Source: an uncultured Candidatus Rokubacteria bacterium
GTDB lineage: Bacteria; Methylomirabilota; Methylomirabilia; Rokubacteriales; DASRDR01
NCBI GenBank assembly: GCA_963826115.1
Contig: CAWGVS010000006.1
Span: 672,001-736,000 of the forward strand
Direction of reading: 5' to 3'
Length of the DNA stretch: 64,000 nucleotides
The notes below the pieces were generated by a model, which saw nothing but the letters and a program-made list of their open reading frames with translations, did no database searches and had not been told where the DNA came from. Below, piece after piece: positions 1-8,848 of this stretch (its first letter is position 1; every line of letters starts with the position of its first letter). The translations under genes and the position numbers were made by a program.

Positions 1-64
1 TCACCACGCGCCAGATCAAGAACGCCAAGACCACGAAGACGATGAGAGGGGTCACGGGGTCCAT
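1..64 (-). CDS. Possible small membrane protein, N-terminus only (runs off window)
   Basis: ATG at 64 reads MDPVTPLIVFVVLAFLIWRVV..., one hydrophobic helix; truncated by the window edge. Confidence 0.35.
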   Translation of the reverse strand, partial: MDPVTPLIVFVVLAFLIWRVV

Positions 65-609
65 CAGGCCGAGACGAGGCGTCTCGCCGGCTTCGAGCTC
101 GGGTGGCTCGGGGGACACCGGAAGGTGGCCATCGCGAAGGGCGGGCGCCCGTGTATCGGGGCCCGGCCGAGCGGAGCTCGTTTCCGGGATTTTCGACGTG
201 GACCCATATCCGCCACCTGTCATGGCCCTGAACGAGCGGGCCATCCGTCTGGCGAGTCGCTCGCCCGGCGAGTGGACGTGACCTCAGCGCACGGCGGAGG
301 GGGGACTTCCTTCTCGGCGAGCCTCCGTACCCTCGGGAGCGTGGAGGGTCTGGGCAGGCGTGAGGGACCCGGAAGCCAGGGGCCTCCAGCACCCCTGCGG
401 GCGGTCGGTTAGCTGGCCGGAATGGTCCCCGACTCTACGTCGTCACCGGAGGTGCGTCAATGCGCTCCGCGAAGTGGAGCGTCGACACCGTCGAATGGGA
501 GCCAGCTCTGATGTGCTGCTCCTGTTGGCACGGCGACGGGGCGTCCGAAACAGGCGGAGCCGCGCCGGCGACGCCGGTCAGCGGACTGTGCCCGGCCGGC
601 CCGCGTGGC

Positions 610-2073
610 TTACCGTTCGAGCCCGTACTCGCGCCAGCGCTGGGCGACGCGCTGGCGGACCTCGTCCGACATGCGGATCTCGTCCGGCCACGGCTGCTCG
701 ACGCGGTCGAGGGGCGCCCGCTTCTCGGTCGCGTCGATGCCGAGCTTCCCGCCGTAGCGGTGGCGGAGCGCCGCGTGGTCGAGGTCGTCCGTCGGCCCCT
801 CCACGATCACGAGGTCGCGCGCGGGGTCGATGTTGTTGGTCACGCGCCAGGCGACCTCGGAGAGGTCGTGGACGTTGACGCCCTCGTCGACCACGATCAC
901 GTTCTTCGCCAGCATGAGGAGGCCGAGGCCCCAGAGCCCGTACATCACCTTGCGGACCTGCCCCGGGTAGCGCTTCTTGACCGAGACGATCACGAGGTTG
1001 TGGAAGACGCCCTCGGCCGGCATGTTCATGTCGACGATCTCCGGCACCATCATCCGGATGAGCGGCAGGAACATCCGCTCCGTCGCCTTGCCGAGCCAGT
1101 AGTCCTCCATCGGCGGCCGTCCGACGACGATCGTCGGGTAGATCGCGTCGCGCCGCCGCGTCACCGCGGTCAGGTGGAAGACGGGGTAGGGGTTCGCGAG
1201 CGAGTAGAAGCCCGTGTGGTCGCCGAACGGCCCCTCGACGCGCGACTCCGCCGGGTCGCAGTAGCCCTCCAGCACGATCTCCGCCTGCGCCGGCACCTCG
1301 AGGTCGATCGTCCGGCACTTCACCATCTCGACGCCCTTGCCCCGGATCCAGCCAGACAGCAGCATCTCGTCGAGCCCCGGCGGGAGCGGCGCCGTCCCGC
1401 TGTACATGGTCGCCGGGTCGGCGCCGAGGGCGATCGCCACCGGGATGCGCTCAAGCCCGGTGCGGCGCGCCTCGCGCTCGTGCTCGGCGCCGCCCTTGTG
1501 GGTCTGCCAGTGGAGGCCGAGCGTCCGCTCGTCGTAGACCTGGATCCGGTAGGTGCCGACGTTCCGGAGCCCGGTGACGGGGTCCCGCGTGATGACGAGC
1601 GGGAAGGTGATGTAGTGGCCCGCGTCCTTCGGCCAGCACCAGAGGATCGGGAGCGACGCGACCGACGGGCGGTCGGTCTCCACGACCTCCTGGCAGGGGC
1701 CGCTCTTCACGCTCCGCGGGCCCGCGCGCGCCACGTCGAGGAGCTCGAGCCCCTTCCTCATCTTGTCGAGGAGCGAGCCCGGCATCTTGAGCTCGAGGAG
1801 GCCCTTGATCTTCTCGCCGAGGTCGTCGAGCCGCTCGACGCCGAGGGCCCACGCCATCCGCTCCTCGGTCCCGAACGCGTTGATGAGGACCGGCATCGCC
1901 GCGCCCTCGACGTGCTCGAAGAGGAGCGCGAGGTTCTGCGCCTTCGGGCCCTTCACCGTGCGGTCCGCGATCTCCGTGATCTCGAGCTCGCGGCTGACGG
2001 GCGCGTCGATGCGCCGGAGCTGGCCCCGGTCCTCGAGGAGCTGGATGAACTCCCGGAGATCCAGAAAGCTCAC
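610..2073 (-). CDS. ubiD: UbiD-family prFMN-dependent decarboxylase (menaquinone biosynthesis decarboxylase-like)
   Basis: FLDLREFIQLLE start, EGPFGDHTGFY, GRPPMED and GGKLGIDAT motifs; GTG start at 2073 preferred over the ORF-track start. Confidence 0.92.
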   Translation of the reverse strand: MSFLDLREFIQLLEDRGQLRRIDAPVSRELEITEIADRTVKGPKAQNLALLFEHVEGAAMPVLINAFGTEERMAWALGVERLDDLGEKIKGLLELKMPGSLLDKMRKGLELLDVARAGPRSVKSGPCQEVVETDRPSVASLPILWCWPKDAGHYITFPLVITRDPVTGLRNVGTYRIQVYDERTLGLHWQTHKGGAEHEREARRTGLERIPVAIALGADPATMYSGTAPLPPGLDEMLLSGWIRGKGVEMVKCRTIDLEVPAQAEIVLEGYCDPAESRVEGPFGDHTGFYSLANPYPVFHLTAVTRRRDAIYPTIVVGRPPMEDYWLGKATERMFLPLIRMMVPEIVDMNMPAEGVFHNLVIVSVKKRYPGQVRKVMYGLWGLGLLMLAKNVIVVDEGVNVHDLSEVAWRVTNNIDPARDLVIVEGPTDDLDHAALRHRYGGKLGIDATEKRAPLDRVEQPWPDEIRMSDEVRQRVAQRWREYGLER

Positions 2074-2325
2074 GGTGTCACCGCTCCGCTGGTGGCGCTG
2101 AGTCCGCGCGCGGGGCGGCGCAGCCCAGTAGGTCGCCGCGGATCGAGCGCCGCAGACGCGAGACGCGCCGGCCGAGACGGACACGGCCCCCTTCGCCATC
2201 GGACCGCGACCGAGCAGGTCGCAGCCTGTGGCGAACGGGTGACGGAGCGAAGCCGCGCCGCGGGCCGGCCCGGAGACAGGACCGGCGGCATGGCAAACGT
2301 GGCGGTCGAAGCGGCGGCAGGCACG

Positions 2326-2817
2326 CTAGTCGTCGTAGATGAAGCGGACGAGGTAGCCCGCGATGATCGGGAACGCGAGGGTCGGGAGGACGCGCGCGAT
2401 GAGGAAGCGCGTCCCCATGAACGGCAGCTCCCACGCGAGGACCCGCTGGAACCCGAAGAGCGACCAGCTCGTCATGTACGCGACCAGCGCCGACAGGGAC
2501 GCCCCGCCCTTGTAGAACACCGCCATGATCGGGAAGCTCACGAGCGGCCCGCCCGGCGTCAGGATGCCCGCCACGAAGCCGGCGAAGATCGCGCGGTGCG
2601 TGTTGCCCCGGCCGAGCCAGTGCTGGATCAGGTCGGGCGAGATCATGACCTGGATCATCCCGGTCAGGACCAGCGCGGCGACCAGCCGGGGCATGATGTC
2701 GAGGAGGAGCTGGGCGCCGGCGCGGAGGCCGACCGCCGGCAGGCTCGGGTCGCGGAGGTACGCGGCGACCGTCACGGCGATCGCGAGGCCGTAGATGATG
2801 AAGTCGAACGTGTGCAT
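2326..2817 (-). CDS. Predicted permease (DUF318-like)
   Basis: Multi-TM protein with GILTPGGPLVSFP motif; start MHTFDF. Confidence 0.75.
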   Translation of the reverse strand: MHTFDFIIYGLAIAVTVAAYLRDPSLPAVGLRAGAQLLLDIMPRLVAALVLTGMIQVMISPDLIQHWLGRGNTHRAIFAGFVAGILTPGGPLVSFPIMAVFYKGGASLSALVAYMTSWSLFGFQRVLAWELPFMGTRFLIARVLPTLAFPIIAGYLVRFIYDD

Positions 2818-2916
2818 GCGGAGCCAGCTCCTCCGGGCAGGGGGATCCACGGAGCTCGCGGTGCGGGCGAGGGGGGCGCGCGCCAAAGCGCGGCCAGTAT
2901 AGCCTCGCCGCGACCC

Positions 2917-4104
2917 CTAGATAAAGGAGGAGTCGGGCTCGAGCCCGAGGAGGAAGCGCCCGACCGTCTCGAAGTGCGTCTGGCGGCCCTGGACCTGCTG
3001 GGCCACCGTGTGCGCGTCCCGGAAGCGCCGCTCGAAGGGGTTCGCGTCGAAGATCGCGGTCGCGCCGGCCGTGTGGTAGGCGAAGTCCACGGCCGCCGTC
3101 GCCTCGGTGATCGCGTGGGTCGCCGCCAGCCGGATCCGGACGCGCTGGTCGAGGCCGAGCGTCCCCGCCCCGACGACGTCCCGCCAGACCTCCTCCAGCG
3201 AGCCGAGGAGGAGCGCCCGCGCGGCGCCGACCCGCGCCTCGACCCGGGCGAGCTCCGACTGGACGACGGCGCTCTCGCGGAGCGGGTGGCGGAGGCCACG
3301 CGGCGTCTTCGTCCGGGCGAGCGCGACGAAGGCGTCGAGCGTCGTCCGCGCGTTCCCCAGGGCGACGCCGGCGAAGCCCGAGGCGTAGAGGCTCGTGGTG
3401 GGGAAGCAGTAGAGCGGGCCTCCGTGCCGGCGCTCGGCGGGGTCGTCCCGCGCCGCCGAGCGCTCGCGGGGCACGAAGAGGTCCGCGACCGTGAACGAGT
3501 CGCTGCCGGTCGCCCGGAGGCCGATCACGTGCCAGGTGTCGAGGATCGTCGCGCGGGCCGCCGGGAACAGCATCCAGCGCGTCTCGGCCGCGCCATCCGG
3601 CCGACGGCGCGGCGCCCCGTCGGGCTCGTGGATCGCGCACTGGCCGCCGAGCCAGGTCGCCTGGCGGCAGCCGCTCGCGAAGGTGAACGTGCCCGTCACG
3701 CGGTAGCCGCCGTCGACGGGCACCGCGCGGGCGTCCGGGCTCGGCCCCCAGGCAAGGACGGCCCGCCGGTCGCCGAAGACCTCGCGCGCGACCTCGGGCG
3801 CCACGTAGCCCGAGATCATGGTGCAGCCCGCCGCCTGGCAGAGGCACCAGGCCGTGCTGGCGTCCGCGCGGCTCACCTCCTCGATGACGCGCGCGAAGGC
3901 CGCGGGGTCGAGCTCGGCCCCGTCGAGGGCGCGGGGGAGGAGGAGGCGGTAGAGGCCCGCCTCGTGGAGCGCGGCGACCAGGGGCTCGGGGAGGCGCCGC
4001 TCCCGCTCGCCGTCGGCCGCGGCCGCGGCGATCAGCGGGGCGAGCGCGCGGGCGCGGGCGAGGGGGTCAGCGGGCTCGCCGCGGGCGGGGGCGGCATCGG
4101 CCAT
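2917..4104 (-). CDS. Acyl-CoA dehydrogenase-fold flavin-dependent monooxygenase (HsaA-like)
   Basis: ADASTAWC, FASG, WHVIGLRATGSD and FERRFRDAH motifs. Confidence 0.88.
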   Translation of the reverse strand: MADAAPARGEPADPLARARALAPLIAAAAADGERERRLPEPLVAALHEAGLYRLLLPRALDGAELDPAAFARVIEEVSRADASTAWCLCQAAGCTMISGYVAPEVAREVFGDRRAVLAWGPSPDARAVPVDGGYRVTGTFTFASGCRQATWLGGQCAIHEPDGAPRRRPDGAAETRWMLFPAARATILDTWHVIGLRATGSDSFTVADLFVPRERSAARDDPAERRHGGPLYCFPTTSLYASGFAGVALGNARTTLDAFVALARTKTPRGLRHPLRESAVVQSELARVEARVGAARALLLGSLEEVWRDVVGAGTLGLDQRVRIRLAATHAITEATAAVDFAYHTAGATAIFDANPFERRFRDAHTVAQQVQGRQTHFETVGRFLLGLEPDSSFI

Positions 4105-4203
4105 GGCGGGATGGTACCCCGGCCGGCCGGGGCGCGGGAGGCAGCCGGCCGCGCGCCGGCCGGCCGGCCCGGACCGTGGCCCGCCTCGACGCGCCGCGTT
4201 GCC

Positions 4204-4233
4204 TTGACGCCCGCCGGGGCCGGCCCGTAGAAT
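4204..4233 (+). promoter_or_regulatory. Sigma70-type promoter of the tRNA pair
   Basis: TTGACG (4204-4209), 18-nt spacer, TAGAAT (4228-4233), 10 nt before tRNA-Gln. Confidence 0.75.
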
Positions 4234-4243
4234 GGCCTCGCGC

Positions 4244-4317
4244 TGGGAGATCGTCTAGTGGTAGGACGCGTGGCTCTGGACCACGTAGCGGAGGTTCGAC
4301 TCCTCCTCTCCCAGCCA
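4244..4317 (+). tRNA. tRNA-Gln (anticodon CTG)
   Basis: Cloverleaf with acceptor TGGGAGA/TCTCCCA, anticodon arm CGTGG-CT CTG GA-CCACG, GGTTCGACTCC T-arm, encoded CCA. Confidence 0.96.
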
Positions 4318-4348
4318 TTTTCTTTGTCTGTTGCGGGTGGTGGGAGCC

Positions 4349-4426
4349 GGCTCCATCGTCTAGCCCGGTCTAGGACACGGCCCTCTCAAGGCTGAAACAC
4401 GGGTTCGAATCCCGTTGGAGCCACCA
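4349..4426 (+). tRNA. tRNA-Glu (anticodon CTC); island integration site
   Basis: Acceptor GGCTCCA/TGGAGCC, anticodon arm CGGCC-CT CTC AA-GGCTG, GGTTCGAATCC T-arm, encoded CCA. Confidence 0.96.
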
Positions 4427-4577
4427 CCGTTCTGACGCGGGTTTCCGCAGCATCAGCCCTTCCGCTCAGACTCTTGTTGCCACGGCTTGTTGCCATTCCG
4501 GCAGCTTCAACCACTCCAGCGAGGTTTGGATTCCCGTCCCGAAGCCTGGCGCGATATTAGGAGAGCGTGAGGCAAAG

Positions 4578-4603
4578 GACACCGGACAAACGGACAGTTC
4601 CGG
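4578..4603 (+). repeat. Sub-terminal inverted repeat, left copy (partner at 14538-14563)
   Basis: GACACCGGACAAACGGACAGTTCCGG; its reverse complement matches 14538-14563 at 23/26 positions. Confidence 0.65.
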
Positions 4604-5036
4604 CTGCCAGGCCCCAGGCGGTGGGTCAATGGCGACGCAGCCGAGTGACCGGCGGATGAGGTTGAGGCAGCAGAACTGGCCAATTGCCCGAGCACGTCCG
4701 GCCGCACTCAGAACGCTCCGCTCCTTCACCCGTGCGGCAGTTCGAGCCGATGAAAGACCAGGGTAGAAGTCGCAGGGTGCAATCGGATCCGATGCATCAA
4801 CACAACCGACTTGCAGCCGGACGGCGCCGAGCAGGGTGATTAGAAGGTGGCCCTGGATCATCGCAATAGCAGGAAACAGTCGCCACGGGACTCCCGTATG
4901 TCTTCTGTTGAGGACACAGTCAGTTATGAACCGAGCCGGTACCCCGGGGCGACCGGCTTCGGCTTCTATCCCTACCTCCGCCTCGTACACAGCGTTTCCG
5001 ATGTAGCGTGATCGGGGCCTGACCCTGATCACGACG

Positions 5037-5465
5037 GTGGCGGGGAACGGGATCGGCAGGACGGACCCTAGCTACCAGGATGAAGAAGTCGAGATCGCAC
5101 GTGTGTCGCTCCAGTCCACGACTGGGGACGTCATCAGCATTCGCGCGCGTCGAGAAGGAGGCGTCATTCGATATCGCGTTGTGGACGAGTACGGCACCAA
5201 GATAGTCTGCTCGCCGACGGAGAGCACGGAACCGCTATCACTCAGAGAATTGATCGGCCTGATGGACACAGCCCAGTATGATAACTCCCCGGAGTTCGTT
5301 GGACTCACGAACGCCTTTCGCGACTACGACGCTGGGTCTGATCCGGAGGAACTCCTGGCGTTCGTATCGGTATCGTCGGAGTTCTATTCAGAGCTTGAAT
5401 CCTACTACGATGACGACGGGCAACGTTGGCTCGAGGAGAGGCGGAGGTCCGAGACAAGCGGGTGA
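5037..5465 (+). CDS. Acidic hypothetical protein, possibly 5'-truncated
   Basis: Globular-looking sequence (EVEIARVSLQSTTGDVISIRAR...); stop overlaps the next start (GTGA). Confidence 0.6.
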   Translation: MAGNGIGRTDPSYQDEEVEIARVSLQSTTGDVISIRARREGGVIRYRVVDEYGTKIVCSPTESTEPLSLRELIGLMDTAQYDNSPEFVGLTNAFRDYDAGSDPEELLAFVSVSSEFYSELESYYDDDGQRWLEERRRSETSG

Positions 5466-5995
5466 GTGAGCCGGATCTGGTTCCCGCGCAGGAGCCCACG
5501 AAGCGCCCCCAACGCAAGGCCTTGAGTAAGCGCCTCCAGGTCGAGGTCTACCGACGCGACCGCTCGCTGTGCAGGTGGTGCGGGCGGTCCGTGATATTCG
5601 CTCCGGCCATGAAGTACCTCGAGCGGTACGCGCGGAGCCGCGGCTATACGGGTCCGCTCGCCTGGTTGTCGTTTGCTTGGCGTCGGGATGCATCACCGTT
5701 GCTGGATCACCTCGGGGCGGTCATCGATCATGTGAAGGCGTTTTCGACAGGAGGCGCGCACGAGGCGAGCAACTTCGCGACGGCCTGCGCAAAATGCAGC
5801 ATGCGAAAGAGTGCGGGCGCCGCGAAGGAGCCGCTCAGGAAGGTCAAAGCGAAATATGGAGAGCCTGAGCACTGGGACGGGTTCTCGGTGCTGTTCGTTT
5901 TGATGGTACGAGGCGATAAGAGCGGCGTCACACGGTCAGAAATGGAGTGGTACGAAGCGTTCAGTGGTGAGCGTGATGTACCTAGAACTAAGTGA
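5462..5995 (+). CDS. HNH endonuclease family protein
   Basis: VYRRD..CRWCG, IDHVKAFSTGG..N..TACAKCS; the usual second Asn is Ser. The TGA stop lies inside cassette site 1. Confidence 0.8.
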   Translation: MSEPDLVPAQEPTKRPQRKALSKRLQVEVYRRDRSLCRWCGRSVIFAPAMKYLERYARSRGYTGPLAWLSFAWRRDASPLLDHLGAVIDHVKAFSTGGAHEASNFATACAKCSMRKSAGAAKEPLRKVKAKYGEPEHWDGFSVLFVLMVRGDKSGVTRSEMEWYEAFSGERDVPRTK

Positions 5996-6005
5996 TCCCG
6001 GAAGT
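5977..6005 (+). repeat. Cassette-boundary site 1 (11-7-11 imperfect palindrome)
   Basis: TGTACCTAGAA-CTAAGTG-ATCCCGGAAGT. Confidence 0.85.
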
Positions 6006-6046
6006 AGGCATTCGCCGCCGGTGGGGCGGTAGCTGGAGAGAATGGC

Positions 6047-6856
6047 ATGAGAAACAATCAGACGCTCGACCTTAGCGGCTCACCGGCCGAGATCTATGAA
6101 CGGTACCTTGTCCCGCGCTTCTTCCTGCCGTGGGCACGGGATCTCATTGAGGCGGTTGCCCCGAAACCGGGTGAGCACGCCCTGGATGTCGCCTGCGGCA
6201 CCGGCGCCGTGACCCGGTTGGTTGCAGAGCGTGTCGCGCCTGGAGGCAGCGTTGTCGGCCTCGATGTCAACGCTGGCATGATTGCAGTGGCGCGATTGTC
6301 GGTGGCCAGTCCTAAGGTGGAGTGGCGAGAGGCGAACGTCCTCGAGCTCCCCTTTGGCGACAGCGCCTTCGACATCGTCGTCTGTCAGCAAGGACTCCAA
6401 TTCTTCCCGGATCGACCACTAGCGCTTTGGCAGATGAGACGGGTCCTAGGGCCACGCGGGCGTTTGGGCCTATCTTGTTGGCGTACCTCTGCCGAAAGTC
6501 CGGCCTATGCGGCCATCGAGCGAGCCCTTGCGCGCCGCCTCGGAGAGGAAAAGAGCAGCTTGCCGCCATTTGCGCTAAGCGACCTTCGGCACCTGGAGAA
6601 GCTAGTCGAGGGCGCTGGCTTTCGGGAAATCAAGGTGCAGAGCAAGACGAAGATGGTCGAGTGGCCGTCAGTGAATGTCTTCGTCCGGGCGACTGCGGCC
6701 TCCGCTCCGACGATGCTGGGTTCTCTCGCTGAGCAGGGTGACGCGATGCTGTCCGAGATTGTGGCCGAAGTGGAGGCGGATACTGAACGGTTCCGCAGCG
6801 CAGATGGTGAAATCAGGTTTCCGATGGCCAGTAATCTGCTCACTGCGCGCGCCTAA
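6047..6856 (+). CDS. Class I SAM-dependent methyltransferase (UbiE-like)
   Basis: LDVACGTG motif I, LPFGDSAFDIVVCQQGLQFFPD; GGAG RBS. Confidence 0.92.
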   Translation: MRNNQTLDLSGSPAEIYERYLVPRFFLPWARDLIEAVAPKPGEHALDVACGTGAVTRLVAERVAPGGSVVGLDVNAGMIAVARLSVASPKVEWREANVLELPFGDSAFDIVVCQQGLQFFPDRPLALWQMRRVLGPRGRLGLSCWRTSAESPAYAAIERALARRLGEEKSSLPPFALSDLRHLEKLVEGAGFREIKVQSKTKMVEWPSVNVFVRATAASAPTMLGSLAEQGDAMLSEIVAEVEADTERFRSADGEIRFPMASNLLTARA

Positions 6857-6885
6857 TCTGGCAGTTAGGCAACGTGTGTCGTAAA

Positions 6886-6914
6886 TGTTCCTAGAACCAA
6901 GTGATCTAAGGAGT
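6886..6914 (+). repeat. Cassette-boundary site 2
   Basis: TGTTCCTAGAA-CCAAGTG-ATCTAAGGAGT. Confidence 0.88.
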
Positions 6915-6959
6915 GGAGCCGTGGGCCGCGCGTTGGCGTGGCCCGTAGGGAGGATTCCG

Positions 6960-7385
6960 ATGCTCCGTGGATTGAGTTCGATAGTCTGCCTCGTGGTTTT
7001 GGGCCTCCTCGCTCTGGCTGGTACCCGCGTGCTCGCTCAGTCAAGCACGGCTGGCTCGCCGGTCGGAGCGGACCAGATCGAGGCCATTCTGACCCAGCAA
7101 CCATCTTGGACGGTCTATTGGTCAAGCGCTGGAGCGGCACCGAGACCGCCCGCATCGGCAGCGGCGGATACGATCCAATTCCGTCGAGATGGCAACCAGT
7201 TCATGGGACACCTGAAAACCGTTTTCGGGCAAGAGTGTGACTTCGCGGTGACGGTCAAGGAGAATGGTTTCATCTATCCCGGCTGCGCACGATATGACAA
7301 AGAACTGATCTATGATCCGTCGGATAGCGAATATCCGTTCAAGGGGACGGCCAGATCATATGGGTTCTGGCTTCGGCGACAATGA
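6960..7385 (+). CDS. Secreted hypothetical protein
   Basis: GGAGGA RBS; signal peptide MLRGLSSIVCLVVLGLLALAGTRVLA; small beta-rich mature domain with two Cys. Confidence 0.75.
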   Translation: MLRGLSSIVCLVVLGLLALAGTRVLAQSSTAGSPVGADQIEAILTQQPSWTVYWSSAGAAPRPPASAAADTIQFRRDGNQFMGHLKTVFGQECDFAVTVKENGFIYPGCARYDKELIYDPSDSEYPFKGTARSYGFWLRRQ

Positions 7386-7416
7386 ATGGGGCGACGAGGC
7401 TGTCTTGTTGTCGCAA

Positions 7417-7445
7417 CATTCCTAGAATCAAGTGATCCAAGGATG
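7417..7445 (+). repeat. Cassette-boundary site 3
   Basis: CATTCCTAGAA-TCAAGTG-ATCCAAGGATG. Confidence 0.88.
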
Positions 7446-7447
7446 GC

Positions 7448-7681
7448 ATGGCTGGACAGGTAACTCGGCGCCAGATGGAAACGTGGCTACTGGGCAATGG
7501 GTTCCGCCGTCTCAAGGGAGGAATGAGCGGACATGTTCAGTACGAGAGGCAGGGTGTGAAGATAACCTTGCCCGGGCATGGGCCGCAGGACCTGACAAAG
7601 AAGCATGTGGCGCTCATTATTCGGGCGCTTAATGGGGCAGGATTTGACCGGGAGCAGGTGCGCCGCGAACTCGGTGGATGA
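7448..7681 (+). CDS. HicA-family toxin-like protein (no adjacent hicB)
   Basis: 77 aa; L..NGF.R..G.SGHVQY...KITLPGHG..DL pattern typical of HicA. Confidence 0.75.
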   Translation: MAGQVTRRQMETWLLGNGFRRLKGGMSGHVQYERQGVKITLPGHGPQDLTKKHVALIIRALNGAGFDREQVRRELGG

Positions 7682-7685
7682 GTAA

Positions 7686-7714
7686 TGTTCTTAGAAGCAA
7701 GTGATCCAGGAATC
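7686..7714 (+). repeat. Cassette-boundary site 4
   Basis: TGTTCTTAGAA-GCAAGTG-ATCCAGGAATC. Confidence 0.88.
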
Positions 7715-7732
7715 GTTTTGAAGGAGTAGGCC

Positions 7733-7969
7733 ATGGCACGCGTGCGTTGTGTGGCGTGCGCGCTGGAAACTCGCCGGTACGTTAACCATGTGCTGCCGGT
7801 AGGGTACCCTGACAGCGGGGTAATCTGTGGCGTGCCTTCGTGTCGGCTGCCCGGTCTCATCTGGTTGGAAGCAAAGGAGGCCCGAGCCTATGATCGGGCG
7901 AGCGGATCTTTCTGCTGCGCTCGAAGACGATCCAGGTCAGGGCTCAATGATGCGCTGGCAAAGTTCTGA
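7733..7969 (+). CDS. Small Cys-containing hypothetical protein, probable frameshift near 7897
   Basis: AAGGAG RBS; CVAC...PVGYPDSGVICGVPSC; a more protein-like tail ERIFLLRSKTIQVRAQ* continues in another frame to about 7950. Confidence 0.55.
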   Translation: MARVRCVACALETRRYVNHVLPVGYPDSGVICGVPSCRLPGLIWLEAKEARAYDRASGSFCCARRRSRSGLNDALAKF

Positions 7970-8067
7970 AGGCGTGCTGGCGGTCAGATAGGCTCTCGAC
8001 AGAAGATGCCATAGGCGTCAGAGGCGACGCCTATTTGCTTCGCACACAGGACTGCAGGGAGGCGGAT

Positions 8068-8421
8068 GTGGCCAAGTTCGAGACGGTTCCGATCGGAGAA
8101 CTCAAGCACCGGCTTCCGGCGAAGCTCCTGCCGCTGGTGGAGGAGTATCGGTAGAAGATGGAGAAACTTACGGCGGAGCAAGGCGGGCGCCTCACCCTCG
8201 AGAAAGGCGATGACGCGAAGGAGCTCCGGCGCGCCCTGAAGGCGGCCGCTGCAGCTGTGAACCGGCGCGTGCGGTTCCCCTTCCGGGGCGAGGAGGGGTC
8301 GCTGAGCTTTTATCTGGAGGGCCAGCGAGGACGACGAAGAGGGCGGCGGCCGAAGGGGGCGGGCGGTGCTGGCGAGGCGCCCAAGCGGAAGCGTGGACGG
8401 CCGAAGAAGGCGACCAGCTAG
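8068..8421 (+). pseudogene. Small basic hypothetical protein with an in-frame TAG at 8152-8154
   Basis: GGGAGG RBS, GTG 8068: MAKFETVPIGELKHRLPAKLLPLVEEYR*KMEKL..., in frame with ORF 8158..8421; RGRP-type basic tail. Confidence 0.6.
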
Positions 8422-8547
8422 AGGCTACGAGCTCCATGTATATATGTAAGAGTCCGTCGTGTGGGACGGGACGGGCCCTTGGACACCTCCACCGGCTTGA
8501 GGGTAGGTTCGCGCGACGGCTAACCGGTCAGTTGAGGAGGGCCACCC

Positions 8548-8712
8548 ATGCCCCGCTATGAATTCCTCTGCGAGAAATGCCAGAAGACCTTCGAGCAGAC
8601 CATGACCATCTCGGAACACGAGAAGGGGAAGGTCCGGTGCCCGACGTGCAAGAGCACGAGAGTCGTGCCGCAGCTCAGCGGCTTCATGGGGCAGACGAAG
8701 AAGAAGAGCTGA
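8548..8712 (+). CDS. FmdB-family zinc-ribbon protein (54 aa, missed by the ORF track)
   Basis: GAGGAGG RBS; MPRYEFLCEKCQKTFE...VRCPTCKSTRV...QTKKKS*. Confidence 0.9.
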   Translation: MPRYEFLCEKCQKTFEQTMTISEHEKGKVRCPTCKSTRVVPQLSGFMGQTKKKS

Positions 8713-8726
8713 CAGTTGTGCCAGGA

Positions 8727-8755
8727 AGTCCCTAAAAGCGGGCGATCCAGGAAGT
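8727..8755 (+). repeat. Cassette-boundary site 5
   Basis: AGTCCCTAAAA-GCGGGCG-ATCCAGGAAGT, 14 nt after the FmdB-like stop. Confidence 0.72.
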
Positions 8756-8848
8756 GAAGGAGGCGTCCTGGGTGTGAGCCGAGAACTACCCTTCGGAGAT
8801 TGACGTCACCCCACTCCGGGCGTAGCATCCCGCCACCCGGAGGTGACC

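Noticed and set aside
460-4230. Very long ORFs in the track, such as 460..4230 (+), 22747..25512 (-), 26699..28804 (-) and the full 56323..58659 (-)
   Set aside because: They are Arg/Pro/Ala-rich antisense or off-frame shadows of real genes, expected at this GC content.
4466-5032. 188-aa minus-strand ORF beside the tRNA as the island integrase
   Set aside because: No R...HxxR...Y or serine-recombinase motifs and no RBS; left uncalled.
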